Positions 19,703 to 28,983 are shown, numbered from the stretch's first letter. The stretch is 64,000 bases of DNA from an uncultured Gammaproteobacteria bacterium (GCA_964507055.1 CAZDOJ010000001.1:337313-401312), one strand, 5' to 3'. The notes: generated by a model not told the origin, from the letters alone. Numbers and translations are program-made.

Positions 19703-20397
19703 AATTTTGCTTTCATTGTCATATATGTTTTGCGTTGCTCTGGATTCAATTTCTCAATCGCATACCTGAGCATAATTCGTGGCATGGTTGCCGCATACTT
19801 CTGTAGGAAATCTAGGAGAGCATTGTCACCTGCAACTCGTAACATCCAACCTACAGCTTTTTGAATTAACGGGTCAGTATCATGAACAAGTATCTCAGCA
19901 ATCTTCAATGTATCTGTTGTATCTTTACTCTTCATAAAATATGCTGTTGCAATAATTGCTGTTCTTCGTTCATACATTTTTTTTGATTTTGCGAGTGTAT
20001 ATAAAATGTCTCGTGGTTTATCATTGAGATATCCTCCAATAACATATATGGCACTTCTATCAACGAGATCCCAGGTGTTTATCTGGTCGTGTCGCTTGAT
20101 GTAGAGATTAAATAATTCTTTCTTCCGTTCTTCAGAAGTCTTTTCGTCTCGAGCTTGGTAATCCATGATGCTTACTGCACCAACTCTGACTTCTCTGATA
20201 GGACTCATGAGTAGCTTCTCAATTTCAGGAAGGTCCATTGCCATGTTAGTTTTTGCTAGAGCAAATATCTGTCCCATTTTTATGCCAACAAAAGAATTAT
20301 CTCCGGGAAAGTATCTTTTGTATTTTTCTTTTTCTTCTGGTGAGGAATATGTGAGGAGTTGTTTTGTAAAAGCAGCAGCAGTAGGAGGATTTGCCAT
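19699..20397 (-). CDS. DNA alkylation repair protein (AlkC/AlkD-type HEAT-like repeat glycosylase)
   Basis: A HEAT-like repeat protein about 230 aa long. It has the WDLVD block and the C-terminal KAVGWMLR block typical of the DNA_alkylation family. Confidence 0.65.
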   Translation of the reverse strand: MANPPTAAAFTKQLLTYSSPEEKEKYKRYFPGDNSFVGIKMGQIFALAKTNMAMDLPEIEKLLMSPIREVRVGAVSIMDYQARDEKTSEERKKELFNLYIKRHDQINTWDLVDRSAIYVIGGYLNDKPRDILYTLAKSKKMYERRTAIIATAYFMKSKDTTDTLKIAEILVHDTDPLIQKAVGWMLRVAGDNALLDFLQKYAATMPRIMLRYAIEKLNPEQRKTYMTMKAKL

Positions 20398-20430
20398 TAT
20401 TCTATTTTATACCATAAAATGAACAATTTA

Positions 20431-20736
20431 CTAACTTCCTATATTCGTGAATATACCAACTGCAAGTTCTGCCCAAATGTAAACAAGTGTGAGAAAGAAT
20501 GCTATGCCTACTATGATTCGATTTAAATTTTTGCGGATATTTCTTGCTGTTACTACAAACAAGCTTCCGATACCAAACAAAAGAATTCCCATGATAATAA
20601 AATCTGATCCGCTCCAATTCCATTCGCTGGAAATCTGCATCATGATGTAAGGTATGAGCATAATAAATCCAGTCGAGAGTGCAATCCAAAAGAAGACTTT
20701 GTTTTGCATTAAAATATCATTTCGTTTTGTTTTCAT
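20431..20736 (-). CDS. small 3-TM membrane protein (paralog of the adjacent gene)
   Basis: Shares W.GSDF, ARNIRKNLNRII and IWAELAV blocks with the 20745..21020 product. Confidence 0.5.
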   Translation of the reverse strand: MKTKRNDILMQNKVFFWIALSTGFIMLIPYIMMQISSEWNWSGSDFIIMGILLFGIGSLFVVTARNIRKNLNRIIVGIAFFLTLVYIWAELAVGIFTNIGS

Positions 20737-20744
20737 AACTTATA

Positions 20745-21020
20745 TTATTCTCCAGAAACAGCAAGTCCCCAGATAAAGATTACTATCATCAAGACAGCTA
20801 AACCGGTGATTATACGATGATTTCGATCCTTCATATGTACCGTTGCTAATTCATACAGAGTTGCACTTCCATACAATACGATGGCTCCGAAAACAAAATC
20901 ACTTCCTGTCCAAGGTGCTTTCGCCAATAGCGGTATCATTAAAATCGCTGCAACAATCCCTGCCCATATTGTCAAACGCTTTTTAATATTTCTTGTACTG
21001 GTAGTCGTTACTTTAGTCAT
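20745..21020 (-). CDS. small 3-TM membrane protein (paralog)
   Basis: The start was taken at MTKVTTT (ATG at 21020), which overlaps the YozG-like stop as ATGACTAA. That indicates translational coupling. Confidence 0.5.
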   Translation of the reverse strand: MTKVTTTSTRNIKKRLTIWAGIVAAILMIPLLAKAPWTGSDFVFGAIVLYGSATLYELATVHMKDRNHRIITGLAVLMIVIFIWGLAVSGE

Positions 21021-21219
21021 GCTTATACTCCAAAATATCTCCTGGTTGGCAATCCAACGCTTTACAAATTGCTTCCAGAGTTGAAAATCTGATAGCCTTT
21101 GCTTTACCATTTTTCAAAATAGAAAGATTGGCCATAGTTATGCCAACTTTTTCTGTAAGTTCGGTTACGCTCATTTTTCTTTTTGCCAGCATGACATCAA
21201 TGTTAATTACAATTGCCAT
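21013..21219 (-). CDS. YozG-like Cro/C1 (XRE) HTH transcriptional regulator
   Basis: MAIVINIDVMLAKRKMSVTELTEKVGITMANLSILKNGKAKAIRFSTLEAICKALDCQPGDILEY is a near-canonical YozG sequence. Confidence 0.8.
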   Translation of the reverse strand: MAIVINIDVMLAKRKMSVTELTEKVGITMANLSILKNGKAKAIRFSTLEAICKALDCQPGDILEYKHD

Positions 21220-21233
21220 AATATTTACCCTCC

Positions 21234-21722
21234 TTAGACCGTTAAATCATTTTCAGATTTTATGTCTACGGCATTTTGAAGAAGTTTTTGAAAAACTGCT
21301 GCTGCGGTGGCGATGACAATGGATGCAAATATAACTACAAATCCCATCATGACGGCACCTGCTGCATCATCATTGCCATGATTCAAAATGATAAAAGCCT
21401 CTGACCCTACAACAAAAAGACTGAGAGCTATTGCACAGTTTTTTATATTCCGTAATGCATTCACAGAATTTTGTGTGAATGCTTTATTTTTTTCGATGAA
21501 ACCCAATAATCTAAACGCTTGATAGAGTGCACCGAAAAATGGAAGTGAAGCTATATAACCATAGATAATAAAAGGATCTGTATAGATACTTATCAAATCT
21601 AAGTATTTTGCTCTTCCTTCAGTCTGAGGGAACCAAACCAAAGCAGTAAGCACGCCGATGGCGATAAGCAAAATAACTATTTTTAAAAATAATGTTGATC
21701 CTTGATTCATAATATGTTTCAT
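21234..21722 (-). CDS. DUF2975 membrane protein
   Basis: A 4-TM protein immediately upstream of the YozG-like HTH, which is the conserved DUF2975-YozG gene pair. Confidence 0.7.
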   Translation of the reverse strand: MKHIMNQGSTLFLKIVILLIAIGVLTALVWFPQTEGRAKYLDLISIYTDPFIIYGYIASLPFFGALYQAFRLLGFIEKNKAFTQNSVNALRNIKNCAIALSLFVVGSEAFIILNHGNDDAAGAVMMGFVVIFASIVIATAAAVFQKLLQNAVDIKSENDLTV

Positions 21723-22016
21723 AAATAGTCTTTGAGAGATCTATTGATAAGCTTATTTTAATATATTATTTATCGTTTGTCAATATATTAATATTGTTAT
21801 TCGAAATCTTATCTTTTACTGTTGCTTTACCTTTAGCATAGAAGCTAAAAATTCTTCATCAACAATAGTAGTGCTGCATATATTGTTCTTCTTACTCTAT
21901 TTTAGATTCTTTTTATATCTTTTATGATATCAAAGCGAGAAAGAAAAGATATTGATAGGCATGCCTCCTTTTATTTATCTTAAGCTTACATAAAACATTT
22001 ATAAAAAGCTTATAAT

Positions 22017-22688
22017 ATGAATATGAACCCTGTAAAAATGATTACCATTTATTCCAGGATTGCTTCTATTAAAAAAGTTAGCCTCAGTGAAGATAATAAA
22101 CTTAGTTATTGGCTTAAAAAGCTTCTTATTCAAGGTGAACGGATAAGAAATGATAATAATCGCCGTGAACAACAAATCATAGATGATGCTACGAAAAAAA
22201 GTATAACTGATAATGAGCAAGACCTTGCACAATCAGGTATTAATCAGCATACGAAAGACGTAGCTGCAAAAAAGGAAGTTGATACCTTCAAAGTAAATGA
22301 TTTAGTAAAAATGTCTAATAGACGAATTATCAGTATTTCATCTACATTCCCTTGGGAGTTATTTCCAAGCACAATTGAAGTTGAAGAAAGTAGAGTAACA
22401 TTTAAATTTAATCAGTTTCTTTCATCGCAGTCACATAGTGTAGATATTCAAGATATTTCTAATGTCTTTATAGAATCCTCATTATTCTTTTCAACATTAC
22501 AAGTAGTTTCTCGTACATTTATACAGAACGATATAAAGATCGGTAATTTAAATAAAGGAGACGCAAAAAAAGTACAACGTATTATTGAGGGATTGAGGAC
22601 ATTTAAAGAAAATAAGATTAATACCTCAAGTTATGAAATTAAAGAATTAATATCAAAGATTGAAGAGTTTCATACAAGTCATAGATAG
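22017..22688 (+). CDS. hypothetical protein with a bacterial-PH-like C-terminal half
   Basis: Soluble and charged; the 300-bp AT-rich upstream region has TATAAT just before the ATG. The PH-like call is weak. Confidence 0.4.
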   Translation: MNMNPVKMITIYSRIASIKKVSLSEDNKLSYWLKKLLIQGERIRNDNNRREQQIIDDATKKSITDNEQDLAQSGINQHTKDVAAKKEVDTFKVNDLVKMSNRRIISISSTFPWELFPSTIEVEESRVTFKFNQFLSSQSHSVDIQDISNVFIESSLFFSTLQVVSRTFIQNDIKIGNLNKGDAKKVQRIIEGLRTFKENKINTSSYEIKELISKIEEFHTSHR

Positions 22689-22787
22689 ATAGTTCACTAC
22701 GGAGTCCTTATAAGGATTTCCTGTCATTTTATTCATAAATACAACTTAGTATATTCATGTTAAAATAAATGAAACTACTAAAGTATT

Positions 22788-23141
22788 ATGACAAACGAAC
22801 GCATTTACAAAATGCCTTTTGCAAGAGTTTATCCCGAATATGTCAATAAGGCGACAAGAAAAGGACGTACCAAAGCTGAAGTTGACGAAGTGATTCGTTG
22901 GTTAACAGGCTATAGCCAGAAAGAATTGGACACGCAGATTAAAAAAGAAACAGACTTTGAGACGTTTCTCGGAGAAGCTCCCCATTTAAATCCCGCACGA
23001 TCTTTAATTACGGGTGTCGTTTGCGGAATTCGCGTGGAAGAGATTAAAGAGCCAATGATGAAGGAAATTCGCTATATAGATAAATTAATTGATGAGCTGG
23101 CAAAAGGTAAAGCGATGGAAAAGATTTTGCGATCAATGTAA
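22788..23141 (+). CDS. DUF2200 domain protein
   Basis: [37 protein letters not shown] matches the DUF2200 N-terminal signature. Confidence 0.75.
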   Translation: MTNERIYKMPFARVYPEYVNKATRKGRTKAEVDEVIRWLTGYSQKELDTQIKKETDFETFLGEAPHLNPARSLITGVVCGIRVEEIKEPMMKEIRYIDKLIDELAKGKAMEKILRSM

Positions 23142-23143
23142 GT

Positions 23144-23626
23144 ATGCAATCGAAAAATAATAAGCAACTTTGGATGGGATTCTTACCTTTTATTGGGGTT
23201 TTCCTTTTTCTAATTGATCTCTTTTTTACTCCTTTTGATCCTACAAATGCTGAGTGGAAAAAGCACATCGTATTGTCTGGGGTTACGTATATGATTGGCT
23301 GGGCTGGAGTTGGAGCCGGTATAACGCATCTTTTCTTTTCAGAAAAGGTAGCAAAGTCTATTGGATTCAAAAGCGATGCTTTTCAAAAAGAAGTGGGCTT
23401 TTGTGACTTAAGTCTCGGGATTGTAGGGCTCTTAGCTGCCTCGTATTCACAGGAATTCTGGCTTGCAATTATTTTTGCGAGCTCTTTTTATAGAATTGGT
23501 TGTGGTATAGGGCATATACAGGACATTATAAAAAATAAGAATTATGCAATTAATAATACAGCCATCTTATTTATTGATTTTGTCGTCCCTGGCTTTTTAA
23601 TCGGTATTTATTATATGTTATTATAG
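23144..23626 (+). CDS. hypothetical 4-TM membrane protein
   Basis: Begins 3 bp after the DUF2200 stop, so it is probably cotranscribed. Confidence 0.45.
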   Translation: MQSKNNKQLWMGFLPFIGVFLFLIDLFFTPFDPTNAEWKKHIVLSGVTYMIGWAGVGAGITHLFFSEKVAKSIGFKSDAFQKEVGFCDLSLGIVGLLAASYSQEFWLAIIFASSFYRIGCGIGHIQDIIKNKNYAINNTAILFIDFVVPGFLIGIYYMLL

Positions 23627-23629
23627 CTA

Positions 23630-24274
23630 CTAGCTATAAGTAATGTGGAATTTAAGATGTGTGACATCTGGCGAATCGATAACGCGTATCTTTTCAAACT
23701 TAGCATCACCCAAATTTTCTAGCAATCGTCTTCCCCCGCCTAAAATGATATGAGCTATATGAATTTGGAGTTCATCTACAAAACCTGCGGCAATAAATTG
23801 TTGGATAACATCTGCTCCACCTGATACCTGAATATCCTTATCCCCTGCAGCTTCTTTAGCTTGCTTAAACGCACTTTCTATACCATCGGTAACAAAAGTA
23901 AATGTGGTACCGCCTTCTTTATTTACTGTTTCTCTTGCATGTTTTGTAAGGATAAAAACTGGTGCATGAAATGGTGGTGTATCTCCCCACCAACCATCTG
24001 CATTTCCATCATTTTCCCAAGAACCGCTTCCACCGCTAAACATCTTTCGTCCCATGATATATGCTCCTATGTTTGCAGTTGATTCCTGCACCACATCATT
24101 ATCTTGTCCTATCTCACCACCTGTCATCCCGTGATGTTTACGCCAAGATTCTAGTTTCACCACCCAATCATGGAGGTGTTCTCCCCCATGTCCTAAAGGT
24201 TCTTCGGAAGTTGGACTTGGACCAGCAATGTAACCGTCCAATGACATTGAAATATCTGCAATCACTTTTCCCAT
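23630..24274 (-). CDS. dihydrofolate-reductase-family (RibD C-terminal domain) protein
   Basis: MGKVIADISMSLDGYIAGP N-terminus, GG..E pairs and the length fit the RibD_C fold. Confidence 0.8.
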   Translation of the reverse strand: MGKVIADISMSLDGYIAGPSPTSEEPLGHGGEHLHDWVVKLESWRKHHGMTGGEIGQDNDVVQESTANIGAYIMGRKMFSGGSGSWENDGNADGWWGDTPPFHAPVFILTKHARETVNKEGGTTFTFVTDGIESAFKQAKEAAGDKDIQVSGGADVIQQFIAAGFVDELQIHIAHIILGGGRRLLENLGDAKFEKIRVIDSPDVTHLKFHITYS

Positions 24275-24283
24275 GTTTTATTA

Positions 24284-24892
24284 CTAAGATTCAGGTTCTA
24301 AAGCATTTGAGGGTTCGTATGTTGCGAAGACGACACCTGTTGTGGTGATCGTTCCTTCTACTTGTTTAAATCGTTGAGGGAGAGTACCTTCTGCAAATAA
24401 TTTTTTTCCTATGCCAATGGTGATTGGGTATGTCCAGATAATCATTTGATCGATTAAGTTATGTTTCAAAAGAGTTTGGATTAGATTGCTGCTTCCCCAA
24501 ACATGGAGATCAGGACCATCTGTCTGTTTCAATTTTTCAATATCTTCCACAACATCTCCAGTGATTAGTTCTGAATTATCCCAGGAAAGATCAATTTGCT
24601 GGTGTGCGACAACATATTTAGTTGCTCTATCAAATGGCTGACCTACTTGTGGGTCATCTTTGTGCTTTGGCCAGAAATCTTTCCATATGTCGTATGTCTT
24701 TCTTCCAAGCAAAAGATCAAACCTACTCGACATGATTTTATTCATATGCTCCTCAGCTACTGGGTCTTTTTCGTTCCAATCCATCTGCCAGCCACCATAC
24801 TTAAATCCCTCTGCTCGATCTTCGTCCGATCCACCAGGAGCTTGCATGACCCCATCAAGTGTGACGAATGTAATAGTAATTATTTTTCTCAT
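24284..24892 (-). CDS. dihydrofolate-reductase-family (RibD C-terminal domain) protein, tandem paralog
   Basis: MRKIITITFVTLDGVMQAPGG shows the same fold. It lies 10 bp from its paralog. Confidence 0.8.
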   Translation of the reverse strand: MRKIITITFVTLDGVMQAPGGSDEDRAEGFKYGGWQMDWNEKDPVAEEHMNKIMSSRFDLLLGRKTYDIWKDFWPKHKDDPQVGQPFDRATKYVVAHQQIDLSWDNSELITGDVVEDIEKLKQTDGPDLHVWGSSNLIQTLLKHNLIDQMIIWTYPITIGIGKKLFAEGTLPQRFKQVEGTITTTGVVFATYEPSNALEPES

Positions 24893-24951
24893 AACTTAGT
24901 CAATTTAGCAAATAATTTTTAGAAGATGTGTAAGAATTTATACTGATTTTT

Positions 24952-25593
24952 TTGATAAACTATGAGCGGAGAGAAAACGTAATGTATTTTGATTTATTGA
25001 CGATGCTTCTTTTTGGCTTGATAGGGATCGGTATTGTGGCATTTCTTCGGTTAAAGAAAAAGAAAAGCTTCGTATATTTGCTGTTCTTCACCATATTCTA
25101 TATCTACATTTTTAAGGTTTTAGATTACACGCTCTTTCAGTTTCAGTCGTTGCTCCTCCTCAAATATTTTATGCCACATCTCGTCTTGAATGGACAAAGT
25201 GCTAGGGAGAGTTTAAATCTTATTCCACTCGTTACCCTTACTCTTCAAGATCTGAAAACCTCACTTCTGAATATTTTACTTTTAGTTCCTTTTGGCTTTG
25301 GATTGCCATTTATTACAAACCTTCGTATGAAAGCGATCATTATTATTGGAGCGTTATTTAGTATGGCTATTGAGATTTTTCAGTTTGTAACAGGTTATTT
25401 TGCACAAATAACTTTCCGGATTGCTGACATTAATGATGTTATATTCAATACCGTTGGAGTCGCAATTGGTTATATTTTATTTGTGGGATGCATGTATATC
25501 ATTCGTCGTATATCTCTCAGTCGGAAGGTAGTATCAAATCCAATCTCACGATATATTGCTGATCGACCGCAGATAAAGAAGCATATTTCTTGA
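24952..25593 (+). CDS. VanZ-family membrane protein
   Basis: LNLIPL near the N-terminus, LNILLLVPFGFGLP, and the acidic/aromatic EIFQF...D.ND...N..G tail. Confidence 0.6.
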   Translation: MINYERRENVMYFDLLTMLLFGLIGIGIVAFLRLKKKKSFVYLLFFTIFYIYIFKVLDYTLFQFQSLLLLKYFMPHLVLNGQSARESLNLIPLVTLTLQDLKTSLLNILLLVPFGFGLPFITNLRMKAIIIIGALFSMAIEIFQFVTGYFAQITFRIADINDVIFNTVGVAIGYILFVGCMYIIRRISLSRKVVSNPISRYIADRPQIKKHIS

Positions 25594-25625
25594 CAGACCT
25601 TTGAGAGGAGTGGTACATTGCATAT

Positions 25626-26063
25626 ATGAAAATTCGGCATATCAATCACATAGGTATCAATGTGACAGACCTTGAAGCAGCAAAAACATTTTTTACTGAT
25701 CTTGGTTTTACTGTGATGGGAGAATCCAAGATGCAAGGAGAGCTGCTAGACGAAGTGACTGGTCTTAAAGACGCTCGAACTGAATTGATTATGCTTGAAG
25801 CTCCAGATGGTCAACTGAACTTAGAGGTAGTTAAATATCATAATCCTGTCGATACGGAAGGCACGCCTCCAAGTCGTCCAAACGCACTCGGATTGGCACA
25901 TATTGCTTTTGAGGTTGATGATCTTGATGGTATCGTCAAAATGTTATACCAAAAGGGATATGGTCTGGTAGGTAGTGTTCAGAATTTTGAGAACATCTGG
26001 AAATTGTGTTATGTGCATGGACCTGAAGGCATAAACGTAGAGTTAGCTGAACGGCTCAAATAG
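25626..26063 (+). CDS. VOC (glyoxalase/bleomycin-resistance/dioxygenase) family protein
   Basis: INHIGINVTDLEAAKTFFTDLGF shows the paired beta-alpha-beta-beta-beta modules. Confidence 0.8.
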   Translation: MKIRHINHIGINVTDLEAAKTFFTDLGFTVMGESKMQGELLDEVTGLKDARTELIMLEAPDGQLNLEVVKYHNPVDTEGTPPSRPNALGLAHIAFEVDDLDGIVKMLYQKGYGLVGSVQNFENIWKLCYVHGPEGINVELAERLK

Positions 26064-27228
26064 ACGTAGATTTTAAGTTAATTATAGCTTTACGAAGTTG
26101 AGAAATTGTATATGCGTCTTCCAATGGAATATCAAATTGTCTCGCTGTATGCTTTTGCATTGCCAAAAGATTTTGATAAAGAACAATCTTATCTCCGACT
26201 TTTTTAGGATAATCTCTATACTTTCTTTTAAAGAAAAATTCTTCATTTTTTAACAGCACTAATTCATCCCGGGAAACGATGGAAGGTTTTTCATTGGAAA
26301 GTTCCTTAACTTGGAGAGCATTTTCTAGACGGAAAGATTTTCTTGTTTGAATAAAGAGAACAATGATAAAAATGATGTTATACACGTAGTGAAGATATCT
26401 CATTGCATCGAGCAAAATCCCTGGTTGTGTGGTGCCACTTTTTATATCAATATTGTTTAAAGCATCCATGCCATATTTTGTGACAGCTAAAATGAATGCA
26501 GTCGCCAATAATGCCAATCCAAGAGCTCCAGAATCAAAAGCACTGTGGGCAAGAGCAATGACTAAGTATACGAATAGAACAATTCTCCACTTGCTCCAGC
26601 CTGTTTTCATTGATTCGGCAGCCAAACCTACAGCCATGCCTGTAAAGGCAGCCCAAATAATATGACTGCCAAAGCCCCAGACACCAAGTCGTGTTGAATG
26701 CGTGATAACTGCTTCGACCCATGTATGGTCTTTTAATGCATTTGCTATATAGAGTCCAATTTCAATAATATTAAAACCCATTCCAGCTAATGCTCCGTAA
26801 ACTATCCCATCTTTTCTGGTTCTTATAAGATTTGGGATAAATATGGCAAGTAATAGAACCGGAATAAGTTTCATGCCTTCTTCGACGAATCCTACAGTTT
26901 GCAAAGGATGTTGGGAAATAGTATTAAAAAATCCTGCTGCAGGAGCTGTTACCAACATTACGAAGAGAATAATTAAAAAGTGAAAAGAACGGATTCTTCG
27001 TTCTCGATCAAGAAAGGCAATGATGATATACCCTATTATTGAAAATGTAATCGAAAAAGGCACCCAATCCAGTACTTCAAAGATGGATCGAGCACCTAAA
27101 ATAGAATGCCAGCCTAAATATCCTAAAAATAGAAGAATTGCGATTATAACACCGAGAGTTATGCTTCCCCGCATGGAATTAAGTGGAGATCGAAAAGACA
27201 GATATGATTGTACAACCGGATCAAGCAC
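26056..27228 (-). CDS. PrsW-family intramembrane metalloprotease
   Basis: VEEGMKLIP (the EExxK motif) and HSAFD (the HxxxD motif) on a polytopic membrane core. There is also a soluble C-terminal extension. Confidence 0.6.
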   Translation of the reverse strand: MLDPVVQSYLSFRSPLNSMRGSITLGVIIAILLFLGYLGWHSILGARSIFEVLDWVPFSITFSIIGYIIIAFLDRERRIRSFHFLIILFVMLVTAPAAGFFNTISQHPLQTVGFVEEGMKLIPVLLLAIFIPNLIRTRKDGIVYGALAGMGFNIIEIGLYIANALKDHTWVEAVITHSTRLGVWGFGSHIIWAAFTGMAVGLAAESMKTGWSKWRIVLFVYLVIALAHSAFDSGALGLALLATAFILAVTKYGMDALNNIDIKSGTTQPGILLDAMRYLHYVYNIIFIIVLFIQTRKSFRLENALQVKELSNEKPSIVSRDELVLLKNEEFFFKRKYRDYPKKVGDKIVLYQNLLAMQKHTARQFDIPLEDAYTISQLRKAIINLKSTSI

Positions 27229-27324
27229 AATTATTTGTTAAGGAAATTATAATGGAAAAAGAGTTATTTTGGTAGAATGTAAATAAGTATAAAAATCCTG
27301 GATGAGTTGGAACCTTTTACTACT

Positions 27325-28095
27325 TTATGATTGGATCTGATCAATTATAAAATACACAAACTTTTTTGTTTCGGGATAAGTATCTTCTGGGTTTTCTACT
27401 TTCTCTCTGAAGTTTTTACGCCATACAAAAGAATTATTTATGAGAGTTTCCCATTGAGGAAATTTAGACTTTACCCAATCAGCAGCTTTTCTTTTAGAGA
27501 CTTGTTCTCCATAAGTGGATGTATACATTGCACGACATAAAGTCATTATTGCAAATCCTTGATATGGTCGAGAATGCTTTGTATTTTCTATATGGGTTTT
27601 CCAACTCTGAACGTCTTTTTTAATTTGTTGTATAAACTCTTTATTTGTAACTGGCTGTATCAATATCTTTGGATCAGGACCAAACAAGACCTCTCCCTGC
27701 TCTTGCACAAAATAAAAATTCATTAAATATTTTTCTACATAATCAACTATGTGCAATGGCTCACCAGGACTGATAGTTGCCATGACGTTATTCCCTGATT
27801 TAAATGAGCTTAATGCCTTAGTCGACACATATTGAACTTCAATTCGATCCTCCCATTCTTTGAAAGTTTCGATCAATGCATGGTGCATTGTATCTAGTGA
27901 TGTAATCTCTTTTTCTGTTACATCAGAAGACAATACTGCTAAAAGATCAATGTCACTAGTATCGAGATCAAAATCTCCCCAGACAAGCGATCCATATAAG
28001 TACAATCCAACAAGTTTCTCACCAAGCACTTCATGCATTTGTGTAAGGAGCTGATCAAGTAGCTCTTTAGTCTGCGGAAATTGTGTTTGATTCAT
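27325..28095 (-). CDS. aminoglycoside nucleotidyltransferase ANT(3'')/ANT(9)-like protein (nucleotidyltransferase domain + DUF4111)
   Basis: LYLYGSLVWGDFDLDTSDIDLLAV is the GS...D.D nucleotidyltransferase motif. The C-terminal AADWVKSKFPQWETLINNSFVWRKN aligns with the AadA C-terminal domain. Confidence 0.6.
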   Translation of the reverse strand: MNQTQFPQTKELLDQLLTQMHEVLGEKLVGLYLYGSLVWGDFDLDTSDIDLLAVLSSDVTEKEITSLDTMHHALIETFKEWEDRIEVQYVSTKALSSFKSGNNVMATISPGEPLHIVDYVEKYLMNFYFVQEQGEVLFGPDPKILIQPVTNKEFIQQIKKDVQSWKTHIENTKHSRPYQGFAIMTLCRAMYTSTYGEQVSKRKAADWVKSKFPQWETLINNSFVWRKNFREKVENPEDTYPETKKFVYFIIDQIQS

Positions 28096-28161
28096 GAAGA
28101 AATTATAACAGATTGAAGCTGAAAACCATTTGCTAGAGAGCCTGGACGAAGTTGGAACTTT

Positions 28162-28878
28162 TTATGCCTCAATTCGAGTATTAATGACATCGTAAGATGC
28201 GTGGATATATGAGTCTTTCAAAATATCACATTTTACAAGTTTTAGAATTTTCATCTTAGATAGATCTTCTACCGAATGAATAGATTCTCCTCCAATGAGT
28301 GACTGGGTATTGTTCCCTCCAATCAAACATGGAGCAATAACAATAGATATATGATCAATTAATCCTTGTCTTACCCAATGTGAATTAAGTGTTCCTCCTG
28401 ACTGAATTGTTATTTTCTCAATACCAAATTGGGTTTTCATTTTGTCCAATAAATTATCTAATGCAATTTCCTTCCCATAAGTAATTATTTCTATATTGGG
28501 ATATTTCTCTTGTAGTTTAAAAGCAGGATGATCTTTATTCGTTGTAACTAGATAAAGCGTTTTAACCCATTTGGCCAAATACTCGACACCACTTTCAGTT
28601 AAATGAGGTTTTGAATCAATGATGACGAAGCTTACTTCCATTTTCTTCGGATCTTCTTGCTTATCATTTATCCCAATCTTTGCCATGACTCTCCCTGTAT
28701 TAAGAGAAACAAGATCTGTTTTCTGTTCTAGCTCGTAATATTGCGGTAGACCTTCTTTAAGTCCAGCAATTGATTTAAAGTTTTTGTCGACATCTAATGC
28801 ATCATTATCTCCAAGAGTTATTTTGCCATCTAAAGACTCAAGCATAAATAATGTAGTCTCAGGTCGATTTTTGTTCAT
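28162..28878 (-). CDS. RibD_C-type (diaminohydroxyphosphoribosylaminopyrimidine-reductase-like) reductase family protein
   Basis: LESLDGKI N-terminus and the IQSGGTLNSHW...IAPCLIGG block are typical of the RibD reductase domain. Confidence 0.55.
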   Translation of the reverse strand: MNKNRPETTLFMLESLDGKITLGDNDALDVDKNFKSIAGLKEGLPQYYELEQKTDLVSLNTGRVMAKIGINDKQEDPKKMEVSFVIIDSKPHLTESGVEYLAKWVKTLYLVTTNKDHPAFKLQEKYPNIEIITYGKEIALDNLLDKMKTQFGIEKITIQSGGTLNSHWVRQGLIDHISIVIAPCLIGGNNTQSLIGGESIHSVEDLSKMKILKLVKCDILKDSYIHASYDVINTRIEA

Positions 28879-28912
28879 GAGGTAAGTATAGCAGATATGA
28901 GGAATCCCTTTG

Positions 28913-28983
28913 CTACCGAGCCTGGATTCGAACCAGAATAAACAGCTCCAAAGGCTGTTGTCCTACCGTTAGACGACTCGGTA
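28913..28983 (-). tRNA. tRNA-Gln (anticodon UUG)
   Basis: Manually folded cloverleaf: a 7-bp acceptor stem starting U1:A72, U8, a D arm, an anticodon stem ACAGC/GCTGT with loop CUUUGGA, and T-loop TTCGAAT. The anticodon is TTG and CCA is not encoded. Confidence 0.8.
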
